Assembly: GCA_047921335.1 (NCBI GenBank)
Contig: JBLRWI010000004.1
Coordinates: 11,452 to 75,451, forward strand
Source of the DNA: Opitutales bacterium
GTDB taxonomy: Bacteria; Verrucomicrobiota; Verrucomicrobiia; Opitutales; Coraliomargaritaceae
Length of the DNA: 64,000 nt
Direction of reading: 5' to 3'
Shown: positions 1 through 9,745 of the stretch, piece after piece
Position numbering within the stretch: the stretch's first letter is position 1
Layout: every line of letters starts with the position of its first letter
Position numbers and translations under genes: made by a program
Notes under the pieces: generated by a model
Seen by the model: the letters and a program-made list of their open reading frames with translations, nothing else
Told to the model about the DNA's origin: nothing
The model's database searches: none

Positions 1-60
1 TGTCGCTGGAAGATGGGAGATAGAAGATGGGAGTATGGGGATTCCGGTGGCCAGATCTTG

Positions 61-152
61 TGGTGTGCCCGCTTGTCGGGCGCCGGTTGCGGTGGCGAAG
101 TGGAGAAGGGGTATCGAACCTCCTCGGGGGCGCCCGTCAAGCGGGCACGCCA
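61..152. repeat. Inverted pair of near-identical GC hairpins (REP-pair-like)
   Basis: gtgcccgcttgtcgggcgcc (65-84) and the reverse complement of 129-148 (gtgcccgcttgacgggcgcc) match 19/20. Each arm is itself a GCCCG/CGGGC hairpin. The pair lies just 3' of the minus-strand gene ending at 167. Confidence 0.5.
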
Positions 153-166
153 CGTAGAAAGCTGCG

Positions 167-1072
167 CTAGGCGCGCATTGGCTCGATCCGGGTGAGGGTT
201 TCCAGTTGCTCGTCGAAATTTTCCGGTTGGGTTTTGAGTTTGCTGACGATGGGGTGGAGGTTGAAGCTGAGATTGGTCGGGCGGTTGGCCAGTGCCGGGT
301 CGTCTTTTTGGCAGGCGGACTCGACGGCATCGAGGGGGAAGCCAAAGTGTTTGAGAATGCGCTGGCCGATTTCGAAGCGGCTGAGAGTTTCGCTGCCGGC
401 CCAGTGAAAAAGGCCGTGCAGGTCGCGACGCTCGGAGAGCTCCAGCATGACCTCGGCCACATTTTCCGCCGAGGCGGGCTGGCGGATCTCGTCGCAAAAG
501 AGCTTCGGGCGCTGGCCCGCGCGAATCGCGGCCAGCAGCTTCTCGTGCAGGCTGCGTTGGCCACCGGGGCTGTTGCCCATAAGGATGGGGATGCGCAGAA
601 CGACCGGATCGTCCGGATTGTGCTCCAACACTTCGCGTTCCGACATAAGCTTGGTCTGGCCGTAGAGGTTAGTGGGGGCGGGCATGTCGGTCGAGCGGTA
701 GGGGGCCTCCGCCCGGCCGTCGAAGACCATGTCGGTGGAAATGTGGATCAAGCGCGCCCCGAGGTGCCGGGAGAGCTGGGCGAGGTGCCGGGGGAGGGCG
801 ACGTTAATTTTTTCCGCCAGGGCGGGCTCGGCCTCGACGGATGCGGGGTTGGAGATGGCGGCGCAGTTGACGATCACATCCGGCCAGAGTTCCAGGCAGA
901 GCCGGGTGAGTGGCTCCGGCTCGCAGAGGTCCATTTGCAGGCTGCGGTAGAGCCCGTCGGCCTGTGGGCTGTTTTGATTGGCCAGGCCGATTACATCGTG
1001 ACGACGACGCACGGCAGCCTGGGCGTAGGCGTGTCCGAGGAGTCCGGAGGCTCCGGTGAGAAGAATCTTCAT
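167..1072 (-). CDS. RmlD-like SDR, dTDP-4-dehydrorhamnose reductase family NAD(P)-dependent oxidoreductase
   Basis: ORF 167..1135 trimmed to the internal Met, which puts MKILLTGASGLLG (Rossmann glycine motif) at the N-terminus. YGQTK matches the YxxxK catalytic pair. About 301 aa. Confidence 0.8.
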   Translation of the reverse strand: MKILLTGASGLLGHAYAQAAVRRRHDVIGLANQNSPQADGLYRSLQMDLCEPEPLTRLCLELWPDVIVNCAAISNPASVEAEPALAEKINVALPRHLAQLSRHLGARLIHISTDMVFDGRAEAPYRSTDMPAPTNLYGQTKLMSEREVLEHNPDDPVVLRIPILMGNSPGGQRSLHEKLLAAIRAGQRPKLFCDEIRQPASAENVAEVMLELSERRDLHGLFHWAGSETLSRFEIGQRILKHFGFPLDAVESACQKDDPALANRPTNLSFNLHPIVSKLKTQPENFDEQLETLTRIEPMRA

Positions 1073-1104
1073 AAGCAGGATAAGAGTTTTTGTTGCAATC
1101 AGGC

Positions 1105-2232
1105 ATGACTGAGGCAAGTTCAAAGCTAAACTCAATGAACTACGCTGAACTTGCGAATCCCGGTGTCTTGGAACAACCGGTCTATGAACCGGGCAAACCT
1201 ATCGAATATGTGGCGCGTGAATATGGCCTCGATCCGTCGGGCGTAGCCAAGCTTGCCTCCAACGAAAATCCCTTCGGGCCCTCCCCCATGGCGGTCGAGG
1301 CGGCGAAGCAGGCTTTGCTGCAAGCTCATCTTTATCCGGATGGTGGCTGCCACGATTTACGTGAGCGCATCGCGCGGGTTCGCGGAATCGCGCCCGACTG
1401 GATTTTGCCCGGTAACGGCTCCAATGAGATCATCGAGTTGTTGGGGCACGCTTTTCTGCGTCCCGGCGTGGAAGCCATCATTGGAGCGCAGGCTTTTATC
1501 GTCTATAAGCTGGTGACGAAGCTTTTCGGGGCGACACCGGTGGAGGTGCCGATGCAGGGCTTCGCCCATGACCTAGAAGCGATGCGGGCGGCCGTCACGG
1601 ATAAGACACGCCTGCTCTTTGTGGCTAGCCCCAATAATCCCACCGGCGCGGCAAATGCCGGGGCCGATTTGATCGAGCTAGCGGAAAGCCTGCCCAAGCA
1701 CGTCATTTTTTGCCTCGATGAGGCCTATGCGGAGTATCTGGAATCGGCTCCCGATCTCCGGGCTCAGATCGAGGCGGGCCGGAAGATTATCTGCTTGCGG
1801 ACTTTTTCCAAGATCTACGGCCTGGGGGGGCTTCGTGTGGGCTATGGCTATGGGCATCCCGAGTTGATTGCGCTGCTGCAGCGCGTGCGCCAGCCTTTCA
1901 ATGTGAACACCGTCGCTCAGGCCGCCGGGACGGCCGCATTGGAGGACGATGCGTTTGTCGCCATGTGCCGACGGGAAAATGAGCGGGGCCGCAGCCAACT
2001 GTGTGATGGCTTGCAAAAAATAGGCATCGAGACTTTCGGCGGATCGGCTAATTTCGTTCTTTGCCGGGTGGGCGACGGGATGAAGGTTTTTCAGCAACTG
2101 CAAGCCCGGGGCATTATCGTGCGCCCGCTGGCTCCTTATGGGATGCCGGAATACATCCGTATCACGATCGGTCGCCCCGAGGAAAATCAGCGCCTGCTGG
2201 AGCATCTCGCTGAGCAGATGGAAAACGCATGA
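1105..2232 (+). CDS. hisC: Histidinol-phosphate aminotransferase
   Basis: ASNENPFGPSP motif, class-II aminotransferase layout, and SKIYGLGGLRVGY around the PLP lysine. ATG at 1105; a TTG at 1090 is an alternative start. Confidence 0.9.
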   Translation: MTEASSKLNSMNYAELANPGVLEQPVYEPGKPIEYVAREYGLDPSGVAKLASNENPFGPSPMAVEAAKQALLQAHLYPDGGCHDLRERIARVRGIAPDWILPGNGSNEIIELLGHAFLRPGVEAIIGAQAFIVYKLVTKLFGATPVEVPMQGFAHDLEAMRAAVTDKTRLLFVASPNNPTGAANAGADLIELAESLPKHVIFCLDEAYAEYLESAPDLRAQIEAGRKIICLRTFSKIYGLGGLRVGYGYGHPELIALLQRVRQPFNVNTVAQAAGTAALEDDAFVAMCRRENERGRSQLCDGLQKIGIETFGGSANFVLCRVGDGMKVFQQLQARGIIVRPLAPYGMPEYIRITIGRPEENQRLLEHLAEQMENA

Positions 2233-3521
2233 GTGTCGATTGGGGCAATTTTCTTCTCTCTACGATGGCGGTGGGTGTCATGCTCGTGCTGCATGGTTTT
2301 GTCGTGATTTGCGAAATCAGCCTGATGAAGCTCCGCTACGGCGAAGTCGATGCGGAGCAACTTGAAAGCTTGAAGTCCAGGAGAGGTATCGCGCGGCTGA
2401 TCGAAAACAGCGACCAGAGCGGGCGGGTGATCCGTTTTAGCAAGACCCTGTGCACGGTGGCGATCGGTCTGCTCTTGATCCCCTGGGTGACCGATTTTCT
2501 TGCCCTGATCAATGTGGTTCTGGAGGTGAATCATTGGAGTGTCCTCCCGGTTGCTTTTACCTGTGCGGTCTCGGTGCACTTTATTTTCGGGGAGATTTTG
2601 CCCAGGGGTTTGGCCATGCGCGACCCCGTGTCGGGATTGCGGCGCTCTTATCGCGTGTTGCAGGCATTTCAGATCGTTACCTACCCCCTTATGCAGTTTT
2701 TCCGGGCTTTTAAGCGCGGGCTTTATCGGGGGCTGGGCGTCGAGCTCGATGATGAGTTCAACCCGCTCGATCTGGATGTGCAGATCCGGGCCATGGGGGA
2801 GGACAGTCAAGCGGTATCCGGTCTGGTCCGGAAGATCATGGACCGGACTTTGCAGATGCGGGATCTGGTGGTGCATGATGTCTTGTTACCCCGGAGCCAG
2901 GTCGTGATTTGCGACCTGGAGAAGGATATCCGTGCGAATCTCGAGCTAATGAAACGAGCAGGTCACACGCGTTACCCCCTTTGTCGGGAAAGTTTGGATG
3001 ATTGCGTCGGCCTCATTCACATTAAGGACATCTTCCGCTGGCGCGAACCAGTCTCGGAAATCGATCTGATGAATTTAAAGCGAAATGTCGCGGTCTTCGA
3101 TTTGGAGACACCTCTGGAAGAGGCCTTGCAGCGCATGCTCCGGGCGCGCTTTCACATGGCACTCGCGATCGACGAGTTCGGTGGGGTGGTCGGGGTGGTG
3201 ACCCTTGAGTCGATTCTGGAGGAATTGGTGGGGGAGATTCAGGACGAATTTGACAGCGAAGAAGAGCAAATCGTGGCCTTGCCCAAGAAAGGCAGCTACC
3301 GCATCTCAGCGCTGGCACCGGTTCACGATGTCGAGGAAGCGTTAAATCTGGAAATCGATAATGAAGAGGTTTCGACTTTTGGCGGCTTCATCACGGGTGA
3401 ATTTGGGCGAATCCCCGAGCAGGGCGAAGTGCTCGAGTTGGAAAAGATGAAAGTGTACATCGAGCAAGTTGACGAGCGACGGGTGATTTCTACTCGGGTA
3501 GAACTCACGGAGTCCTCTTAA
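2229..3521 (+). CDS. HlyC/CorC family transporter (CNNM/DUF21 TM domain, CBS pair, CorC_HlyC C-terminal domain)
   Basis: N-terminal multi-TM region, central CBS-like region (VGLIHIKDIF, ALAIDEFGGVVGVVTLESILEELVGEIQDEFD) and a CorC-type C-terminus. ATGA overlap with the hisC stop. Confidence 0.85.
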   Translation: MSVDWGNFLLSTMAVGVMLVLHGFVVICEISLMKLRYGEVDAEQLESLKSRRGIARLIENSDQSGRVIRFSKTLCTVAIGLLLIPWVTDFLALINVVLEVNHWSVLPVAFTCAVSVHFIFGEILPRGLAMRDPVSGLRRSYRVLQAFQIVTYPLMQFFRAFKRGLYRGLGVELDDEFNPLDLDVQIRAMGEDSQAVSGLVRKIMDRTLQMRDLVVHDVLLPRSQVVICDLEKDIRANLELMKRAGHTRYPLCRESLDDCVGLIHIKDIFRWREPVSEIDLMNLKRNVAVFDLETPLEEALQRMLRARFHMALAIDEFGGVVGVVTLESILEELVGEIQDEFDSEEEQIVALPKKGSYRISALAPVHDVEEALNLEIDNEEVSTFGGFITGEFGRIPEQGEVLELEKMKVYIEQVDERRVISTRVELTESS

Positions 3522-5179
3522 GTATCCAGGACAGGAAATTGGGTGTTTCTCCTTAGCATCGCGCTCAATTCCAGCAGCAACCCTTCCCTGTTCGGGGTAA
3601 AAATGAAGCGATCACTTCCCAGTTTACGATACGCTTCAACTAAGAGTTCTTCCTGCGGGCGCCGCATCTGAAGGAGACGAGGCAGCAGCCGATTCAAGTT
3701 TTCGGTGTAGCCCAGTCGCAATTCTGTGCGAATTAGCTCGGAAAGAATTCTTTGATTGCTGGGGTTCCGCTGGTAGGCTTCAAGCAAGATTCGTCTTGCC
3801 TGAGGCACTCGATTAATCGTTGAGAAATAGCGTGCGACAGCCAAAAATGTCTCTGATTGAGTATTCTTTCCGTTCAAGAAATCCTGAAGGTAGATTTCAC
3901 CCAAGTCGGGCTGATCGACTCCATAGGAGGCGACAGCTCGCAGACTATTAAAGGTGGCCCAGCGATCACTGAGCCAATCTGGCTGCTCCTTGAGTAATTC
4001 TTCTGCAAAGTATAGCGCTCCTTTGAAGTCCTTGCTCGAGAGATGGGCCTCAATGAGGAGTAGTGCAAATGAGTCGATGGCAAACTCGTTCTCGAGTGCC
4101 TCCTCATAAGTGCGGCGTGCCAGATTGATGTTTCCGGTTTCTGCGGCAAAGTTCCCCAGTGCCTGAAGGGCATTCTCGTCGTCGCGAAATTGCTTGAGCA
4201 TTCGTTGGGTTTCTCGTTGCTCGCTCTCTTCATCACCGGCCTTGTTGTAAATGTAAAGAAGTTCGAGCCGTGGTGCCGCACTTAGGGGGGCGCTCACATT
4301 CCGGAGAATAGCGTAACGTCTGGCATCATCCAAATTTTCAAGTTCACGATGGTATCGACTAAGTTGTAAGAGTAATGGCTCAGAGTTCGGGAACTTACCC
4401 AGAGATGCTTCCATTTTTGTAATGGCTGCGACTTTATCACCCCTCCCCCAGCTAATTTGGGAGGAAAGCAGCAGGCCCTCAAGCGAATCGATTAGCCCAT
4501 AACCGATTAGGTAATTTTCTGCCCGGTCAAAATTGCCTCGCAAATAATTCGCATTAGCAGCTCCGAAGGCTAGAACCCGGTTTCTGTCTGTCAATTCAGG
4601 CTCTTCAGGCAGCTGCTGATCCGCGATAGCTTGGATTTCCTCATCCAATTGATGACGTAAAAGAACTCGCAAAGTCTGCTTTAGATAATCCAGGTCTTCA
4701 AGTCCGCCTTGTTCGAGGCCTTCGATAAGTTGTTGGGCCGCAATATCCGCTCGCTTGATCGCGATCTCGTAAAATTCTGCCAGAACCATCCGGCCCTGAA
4801 GATTCCCCGGTGAACGGGCTATACCCAGACGCAAAAGCCTGAAACCGTCTCGATATTTGCCCTCTGCTATTTGATCCAGCCCTTTATCGATGTGATAATC
4901 ACCCATCTCCCTGCGATGCTCGTCGAGGCCAAAAGGGAAAAGAGTGAGCATTTTTGTATAAGAAACATCCTCGAACTCCTTGGTGTATTTAAAATAAAAA
5001 TAAAGCGCTCCTCCGAGGGAAAACCAGCCCGCCACGGCAGTTAACAAGAATGTTACAAAGAGCCGACCCCACCGAAAACGGATTTGAATTCGCCCGTCCA
5101 AGGATTTTTTCTGGACTGCAAAGCCAAGAAGAATCGGGTTTTCGCGTAGGGCGATATGCTTGTTGGATGCTTTTTTCAT
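3518..5179 (-). CDS. Membrane-anchored TPR-repeat protein
   Basis: 553-aa ORF with one N-terminal TM segment (LFVTFLLTAVAGWFSLGGALYFYF), then helical-repeat sequence rich in A/L/Y/N typical of TPR. AT-richer than the flanks. Its stop overlaps the convergent CNNM stop (TTAA). Confidence 0.65.
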   Translation of the reverse strand: MKKASNKHIALRENPILLGFAVQKKSLDGRIQIRFRWGRLFVTFLLTAVAGWFSLGGALYFYFKYTKEFEDVSYTKMLTLFPFGLDEHRREMGDYHIDKGLDQIAEGKYRDGFRLLRLGIARSPGNLQGRMVLAEFYEIAIKRADIAAQQLIEGLEQGGLEDLDYLKQTLRVLLRHQLDEEIQAIADQQLPEEPELTDRNRVLAFGAANANYLRGNFDRAENYLIGYGLIDSLEGLLLSSQISWGRGDKVAAITKMEASLGKFPNSEPLLLQLSRYHRELENLDDARRYAILRNVSAPLSAAPRLELLYIYNKAGDEESEQRETQRMLKQFRDDENALQALGNFAAETGNINLARRTYEEALENEFAIDSFALLLIEAHLSSKDFKGALYFAEELLKEQPDWLSDRWATFNSLRAVASYGVDQPDLGEIYLQDFLNGKNTQSETFLAVARYFSTINRVPQARRILLEAYQRNPSNQRILSELIRTELRLGYTENLNRLLPRLLQMRRPQEELLVEAYRKLGSDRFIFTPNREGLLLELSAMLRRNTQFPVLDT

Positions 5180-5383
5180 GGGCTTTCAGAGGCAAAACTG
5201 TTTATTAAGGGAGTGAAGCGACTGTTAATGTTTGACCCCACGAAGACAATAAAGAATATCACAATTTATGATAATTTCTGACTCTCGATAAAATCGCATA
5301 GATTTTGGTTTAGGCTTGAAATTCTGCTTTTTATTGGTCAAACAATTAACTCCCGAATAACAAAGACAACAGATTTTAAATCC

Positions 5384-6568
5384 ATGAAGCATAAAAGCAT
5401 TGTCCACTTCCCGTTAGTTCTCCTCCTTGCCGCCGCTACGAGCCAGACCGCGACGGCTGCGCCGCTTGTTTCGATTGGAGACAACACTGACATATTTTTT
5501 AACGGTTCTTCCAGCCTGCAGTGGTCTTCGAACGTTTTCAGAAATGAAAAAAACGAGACAGACGACCTGATGTGGTCATTGACACCCGGCTTTGAGCTCA
5601 ACGTCGGGCGCGGTGCCTCGAATCTTGATTTTAATGTCATCACGCAATATGAAATTCGCCGATATGCTGACCTAGACGAACTGGACACCGAGCTTTTCAG
5701 TACCCAGATTAATGCTGCCTACCGCACCAGTCGTCTCGATTTAAGCGGCTCCGCTTACTTCCGCGAACAGAAAACGACGACCGGCGATAATAATGTCGTG
5801 ACCAATGATTTGATCGAATCGGATGTGATGGGCGGGCGCATTCATTCCGAATACCGCTTCTCACCGAAATTTAGTTTTGGCACAGGTTTTAGCTACAGCA
5901 AAACTGATTATAAGTCTCCCTTTGATGACTTTTTGGCGGATCGCGAGAGATTTTCTGTGCCGCTCGATCTTTTCTATGAGTTGACACCTAAAGTGGATCT
6001 CAGTATTGGTTATGTCTATAGTGAGACGGATGTTGATGCACTTAATGGTCGTCCTTCCTACACCACGGATGATCATTTCTTTAATGTTGGCGCACGTGGC
6101 AATCTTCTGCCCAAACTTACCGGCTTCTTCAAAGTAGGTTATCGGACACGTGATTCGGATCGCGTTAATCGCTCATCTGAGAGCACCTTGGGCCTGGACT
6201 CGAGTTTAACGTGGGCTGCCACGCCCAAGCTTACTAATACACTGACACTCTCGCGTGACTTCGGTGTTGGTGGCGAAGGTTTTTCCTCTGAGGATACTTC
6301 GATTAATGTGTCTTCAAGTTACTCGATCAATAGCTACTATGCTGCTTCTGCTTTTGCGGGCTACACCCTCAGAGACTACCAAAACAATCGTGAAGACAAT
6401 CAGTATCGCCTGGGCTTACGCTTGAACTATACGCCGAATCAACACTGGAGGTTTGGCGCTGGCTACACCTACTCTGAAAACGATTCGGATGATCCAAATC
6501 GAGTAGATCGCTCGATCAGAAGCTACGAGGATCACACATTTGATATCACAGCTTCGCTGCGCTACTAA
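5384..6568 (+). CDS. Outer-membrane beta-barrel protein (EPS-associated porin-like)
   Basis: Signal peptide MKHKSIVHFPLVLLLAAATSQTATA, alternating amphipathic beta-strand pattern rich in Y/S/T/G, and a C-terminus (ITASLRY) ending in an aromatic residue as in OMPs. First gene of the export trio. Confidence 0.7.
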   Translation: MKHKSIVHFPLVLLLAAATSQTATAAPLVSIGDNTDIFFNGSSSLQWSSNVFRNEKNETDDLMWSLTPGFELNVGRGASNLDFNVITQYEIRRYADLDELDTELFSTQINAAYRTSRLDLSGSAYFREQKTTTGDNNVVTNDLIESDVMGGRIHSEYRFSPKFSFGTGFSYSKTDYKSPFDDFLADRERFSVPLDLFYELTPKVDLSIGYVYSETDVDALNGRPSYTTDDHFFNVGARGNLLPKLTGFFKVGYRTRDSDRVNRSSESTLGLDSSLTWAATPKLTNTLTLSRDFGVGGEGFSSEDTSINVSSSYSINSYYAASAFAGYTLRDYQNNREDNQYRLGLRLNYTPNQHWRFGAGYTYSENDSDDPNRVDRSIRSYEDHTFDITASLRY

Positions 6569-6589
6569 TTAAATTTGAACAAAGCAGCA

Positions 6590-7300
6590 ATGCTGCGTTC
6601 TCAATGCCTCATTATGAGGCGTTTTTTCTCTATGCATACAACTAGTAGGATCTTCCTTTTTTTCTTTGCCGTTCTCATTTCCTCGAGTGCTTTTGCCCAA
6701 GATGGAGACTTTGGTGGCTCGTCCTCAGATAGTGGCTCAAGCCCTTCCCCGGGCGGTCGCTCCGGGGGCTCGTCCGGTGTCGGTATCATCGTTGGTGAAA
6801 ATTATGTCTTAAAACCTTCCGATGTGATTACAGTCGGAGTTTATCAAGAACAGGATTTGGATAAGACGGTCCGGGTGGAAGGTGACGGTTCGGTCGCGCT
6901 CGCGCTAATCGGCAAAGTTAAGGTCGCCGGGATGACAGTCAGCGAGGCGCAGTCACTGATTACAGATCTCTACAATCGTGATTTCTTGGTCGATCCGCAG
7001 ATATCTCTTCTGGTAACGTCGTTTTCGCCAAAAGTCGTTCATGTGCTTGGTTCGGTCAACAGCCCTGGCGTGGTGGAAATGCCACCGGATCGTGATCTAA
7101 CGTTGACGGAGGCAATTGCCGCTGTGCGTGGGGTCAGCCGATTGGGGAATCCGCGGTCGATTACAATTAAACGTGTAGATCCGTCGGGTCGTGCGCAGCA
7201 AATGGAGGTGAATTTCAACCGCATCGTAACAGATCCTAACACGAAGGATATTGTTCTACGTGAGGGAGATACGATCTGGGTGCCCGAGCGTATCATCTAA
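6590..7300 (+). CDS. Polysaccharide export protein (Wza-like, Poly_export plus SLBB)
   Basis: Signal peptide, then YVLKPSDVITVGVYQEQDL...VRVEGDGSVALALIGKVKVAGMTVSEAQ and GDTIWVPER, typical of Wza/KpsD-family periplasmic exporters. Start uncertain (6575 TTG, 6590, 6614 or 6632). Confidence 0.8.
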   Translation: MLRSQCLIMRRFFSMHTTSRIFLFFFAVLISSSAFAQDGDFGGSSSDSGSSPSPGGRSGGSSGVGIIVGENYVLKPSDVITVGVYQEQDLDKTVRVEGDGSVALALIGKVKVAGMTVSEAQSLITDLYNRDFLVDPQISLLVTSFSPKVVHVLGSVNSPGVVEMPPDRDLTLTEAIAAVRGVSRLGNPRSITIKRVDPSGRAQQMEVNFNRIVTDPNTKDIVLREGDTIWVPERII

Positions 7301-7333
7301 CTATACTATTTTAATAGAAGTAAATATTTTTGA

Positions 7334-9610
7334 ATGAAGAATCAATACGTTAGAGGAGGTCCAGACCTTAATTCCGGAGGCTACGGCTATGGCGGAGGCT
7401 ATGGCGGAGGCTATGGTTATGGAGGCGGTTACGGCTATGGCGGTGGCTACGGTGGAGGTGGCGGCGGCGGGCCGCAGCGCTCCTTTAAAGATTACTTCTT
7501 AATGTTCCGTGAGCGGATCTGGTATCTAATCGTTGCTTTTTTTATTATTTTTTCTGGCTCGATTCTCTATACCTTTAATAAGACTAAGGTCTATACGGCT
7601 GCGGCAACGGTGCAACTCTTCCGTGACGATCCCTCTGCTTTGGGTGAGTCCATTAAAATGGAGCAAAACCAGATTTACTCTGCAGAAGATCTGAATACGC
7701 AGATCAGCATTTTGGAAAGTTCCACGATCATTATGGGCGTAGAGCAGCGCCTGCAAGATGAGATGAGGCAGCGCTTCATGGCACCCTACACAGATGCACT
7801 TAGTCTGCGCGGGCCGCTTACTCCAGCTGAGGTGCTCGGGCGTAATCGCAAGATTATCCCCCGCCGCATGAGCTTGATGATCAACATTGCCTACTCACAC
7901 CCCGACCCGGTTGTGGCGGCCGAGGTGGCGAACTTGTTCGCGAAAGAGTTCATCGACTATAATCTTAAATTAAATATCGATGGTTCGATGAAAGCAGTTG
8001 AGGACCTTCGTATCCGTGCGGATCAACAGAGAAATCTGGTGGAAGAACTAGAGCATAAACTGGCTGATTACCGCGAGAGTAATAACGCAGTTTCACTCGA
8101 CAGCCAGGAAAACATCGCCAGGGAGCAACTCGGTCAATTGAACATGATCAAATCGGATGCGAAAAATACCTACGACCGATTCGAAACCCGGTGGAAACTG
8201 ATCGAAAATTACAAGCGGGAAGGTAAAGATCTCTGGGAGCTTTCCTTCATTGCCGAGCACGAGCGGGTTTCCGCATTGTTGTCACAGATTTCAAATACCC
8301 GGATAAGCATCTCATCCCTCTCCAAGCGTTATCGCGAAAAGCATCCGGTTATGCTGCAACAACTGCAAACGCTTCAGGAAGCAGAGCAGGAATTGACTGC
8401 TGCGGTTAAAAATGCGGTGGATAAGGTCTATGCGGGTTATTTAGAGACGAAGGATAACTTTGAAGTGGCGAGCAAGCGTTTGGCGGAGAAAGAAAGTGAA
8501 CTGATCCAACTAAGCAGGATGCGTGTCGAATATAATACACTTTTACGCGACCTTGAGGTGCAGCAAAATTTCTTCCAGGCGCTTAATGCGCGAATGACGA
8601 CGGAAAAGGCGCAAGTTAATTTAAAGAATCCTAATGCGCGGATCATCGACGAGGCTGCGCCTCCACCGGAGGATAGGCCGTCTTCGCCGAACGTAGTGAT
8701 GAATCTGGCGGCAGGTTTTTTTGGTGGCTTGGCAGTTGGGACTGCACTCGTGTTTGCCGTGGCTTTCCTGGATGATCGCGTAAAAAGTGCTTTCGACATT
8801 GAGGCAACGATTGGCTTGCCCATGCTGGGGGTTGTTCCTCGAATAAAAAAGCTCGATACGAATACGAAAGCGCAGGCGGTTGCCTCAAATGTAGACCGGC
8901 ATGTGACTGAAACATTCCGTACGATTCACTCGGCCTTAAAGCTTAACGATGAGAGTAAGAATGCCAAGGTAGTGCTTGCGACTAGCACCGTGCCCGGAGA
9001 AGGTAAGTCCTTTATCAGTTCGAATATGGCGCTGACTTTTGCGAATCATGGCGAAAAGACCCTGCTCTTGGACGCTGACCTTCGCTTGCCCAATGTGGCC
9101 CGTTCTCTTCAGCTGGAAAACGAGAAAGGCTTGCTCAATCACATTGAGCAAGGTGCCAGCCTCGACGATGTGTTGATTAAGGAGGTCTATCCGAATCTGG
9201 ATGTGCTGCCTACCGGGGGCAAGTCCAAGAATCCGACACAAGTACTGAATAGTGCCCAGTTTGAGTCTATGATGGCAGAACTGCGTGATCGCTATGATCG
9301 GATCGTGATCGATACACCACCTCTTGCGGCTGTTAGTGACGCATTGAATTTGCTGCCCTTGGTCGATGGCGTTCTTTACGTAATTAAGTTCAATACGGTT
9401 AAGCGTAAGGCTGCGGTTGTTAATGTGCGCCGCCTATGGGAATCGAATACCCCGGTGTTTGGTGCGATTTTAAATAATATCAACAGCTCGCTATCCAGTT
9501 ACTACTACTCGCATTACTCTGACAACACTTACCAGCAGTATTATCTTCACCAAGAGGAAGATATTAGTGTGGAAGTAAAAGAGGACGAAGAGTTGGAAAT
9601 GAAGTCTTAG
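7334..9610 (+). CDS. Polysaccharide co-polymerase / BY-tyrosine autokinase (Wzc/GumC-like) with an N-terminal Gly-Tyr repeat
   Basis: Wzz-type TM, coiled-coil periplasmic region and second TM. C-terminal kinase motifs: Walker A PGEGKS, A' LLLDADLRLP, B IVIDTPP. C-terminal Tyr cluster SSYYYSHYSDNTYQQYY. Confidence 0.85.
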   Translation: MKNQYVRGGPDLNSGGYGYGGGYGGGYGYGGGYGYGGGYGGGGGGGPQRSFKDYFLMFRERIWYLIVAFFIIFSGSILYTFNKTKVYTAAATVQLFRDDPSALGESIKMEQNQIYSAEDLNTQISILESSTIIMGVEQRLQDEMRQRFMAPYTDALSLRGPLTPAEVLGRNRKIIPRRMSLMINIAYSHPDPVVAAEVANLFAKEFIDYNLKLNIDGSMKAVEDLRIRADQQRNLVEELEHKLADYRESNNAVSLDSQENIAREQLGQLNMIKSDAKNTYDRFETRWKLIENYKREGKDLWELSFIAEHERVSALLSQISNTRISISSLSKRYREKHPVMLQQLQTLQEAEQELTAAVKNAVDKVYAGYLETKDNFEVASKRLAEKESELIQLSRMRVEYNTLLRDLEVQQNFFQALNARMTTEKAQVNLKNPNARIIDEAAPPPEDRPSSPNVVMNLAAGFFGGLAVGTALVFAVAFLDDRVKSAFDIEATIGLPMLGVVPRIKKLDTNTKAQAVASNVDRHVTETFRTIHSALKLNDESKNAKVVLATSTVPGEGKSFISSNMALTFANHGEKTLLLDADLRLPNVARSLQLENEKGLLNHIEQGASLDDVLIKEVYPNLDVLPTGGKSKNPTQVLNSAQFESMMAELRDRYDRIVIDTPPLAAVSDALNLLPLVDGVLYVIKFNTVKRKAAVVNVRRLWESNTPVFGAILNNINSSLSSYYYSHYSDNTYQQYYLHQEEDISVEVKEDEELEMKS

Positions 9611-9745
9611 CGTCGCGGCAATGCATTCTAATCATTCAGCTGAATGATCTTCGGGGGGCTGATTGCCGTAGGTTGAGGTATTCGGATGGCTAAACACTTG
9701 CTTTTATTTTTTGAAATTTTGGTGGATTTACACGTCACTTAAATT

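Noticed and set aside
40-166. tRNA-like T-loop (GGTTCGATACC on the minus strand) at the window start
   Set aside because: I could not fold a cloverleaf. There is no matching acceptor stem, no canonical 7-nt anticodon loop with U33, and no CCA context. It is better explained as part of the inverted hairpin pair.
206-1108. 300-aa ORF antisense to the RmlD-like gene
   Set aside because: Shadow ORF with low-complexity G/A/V/R composition. The minus strand has the Rossmann and YxxxK motifs.
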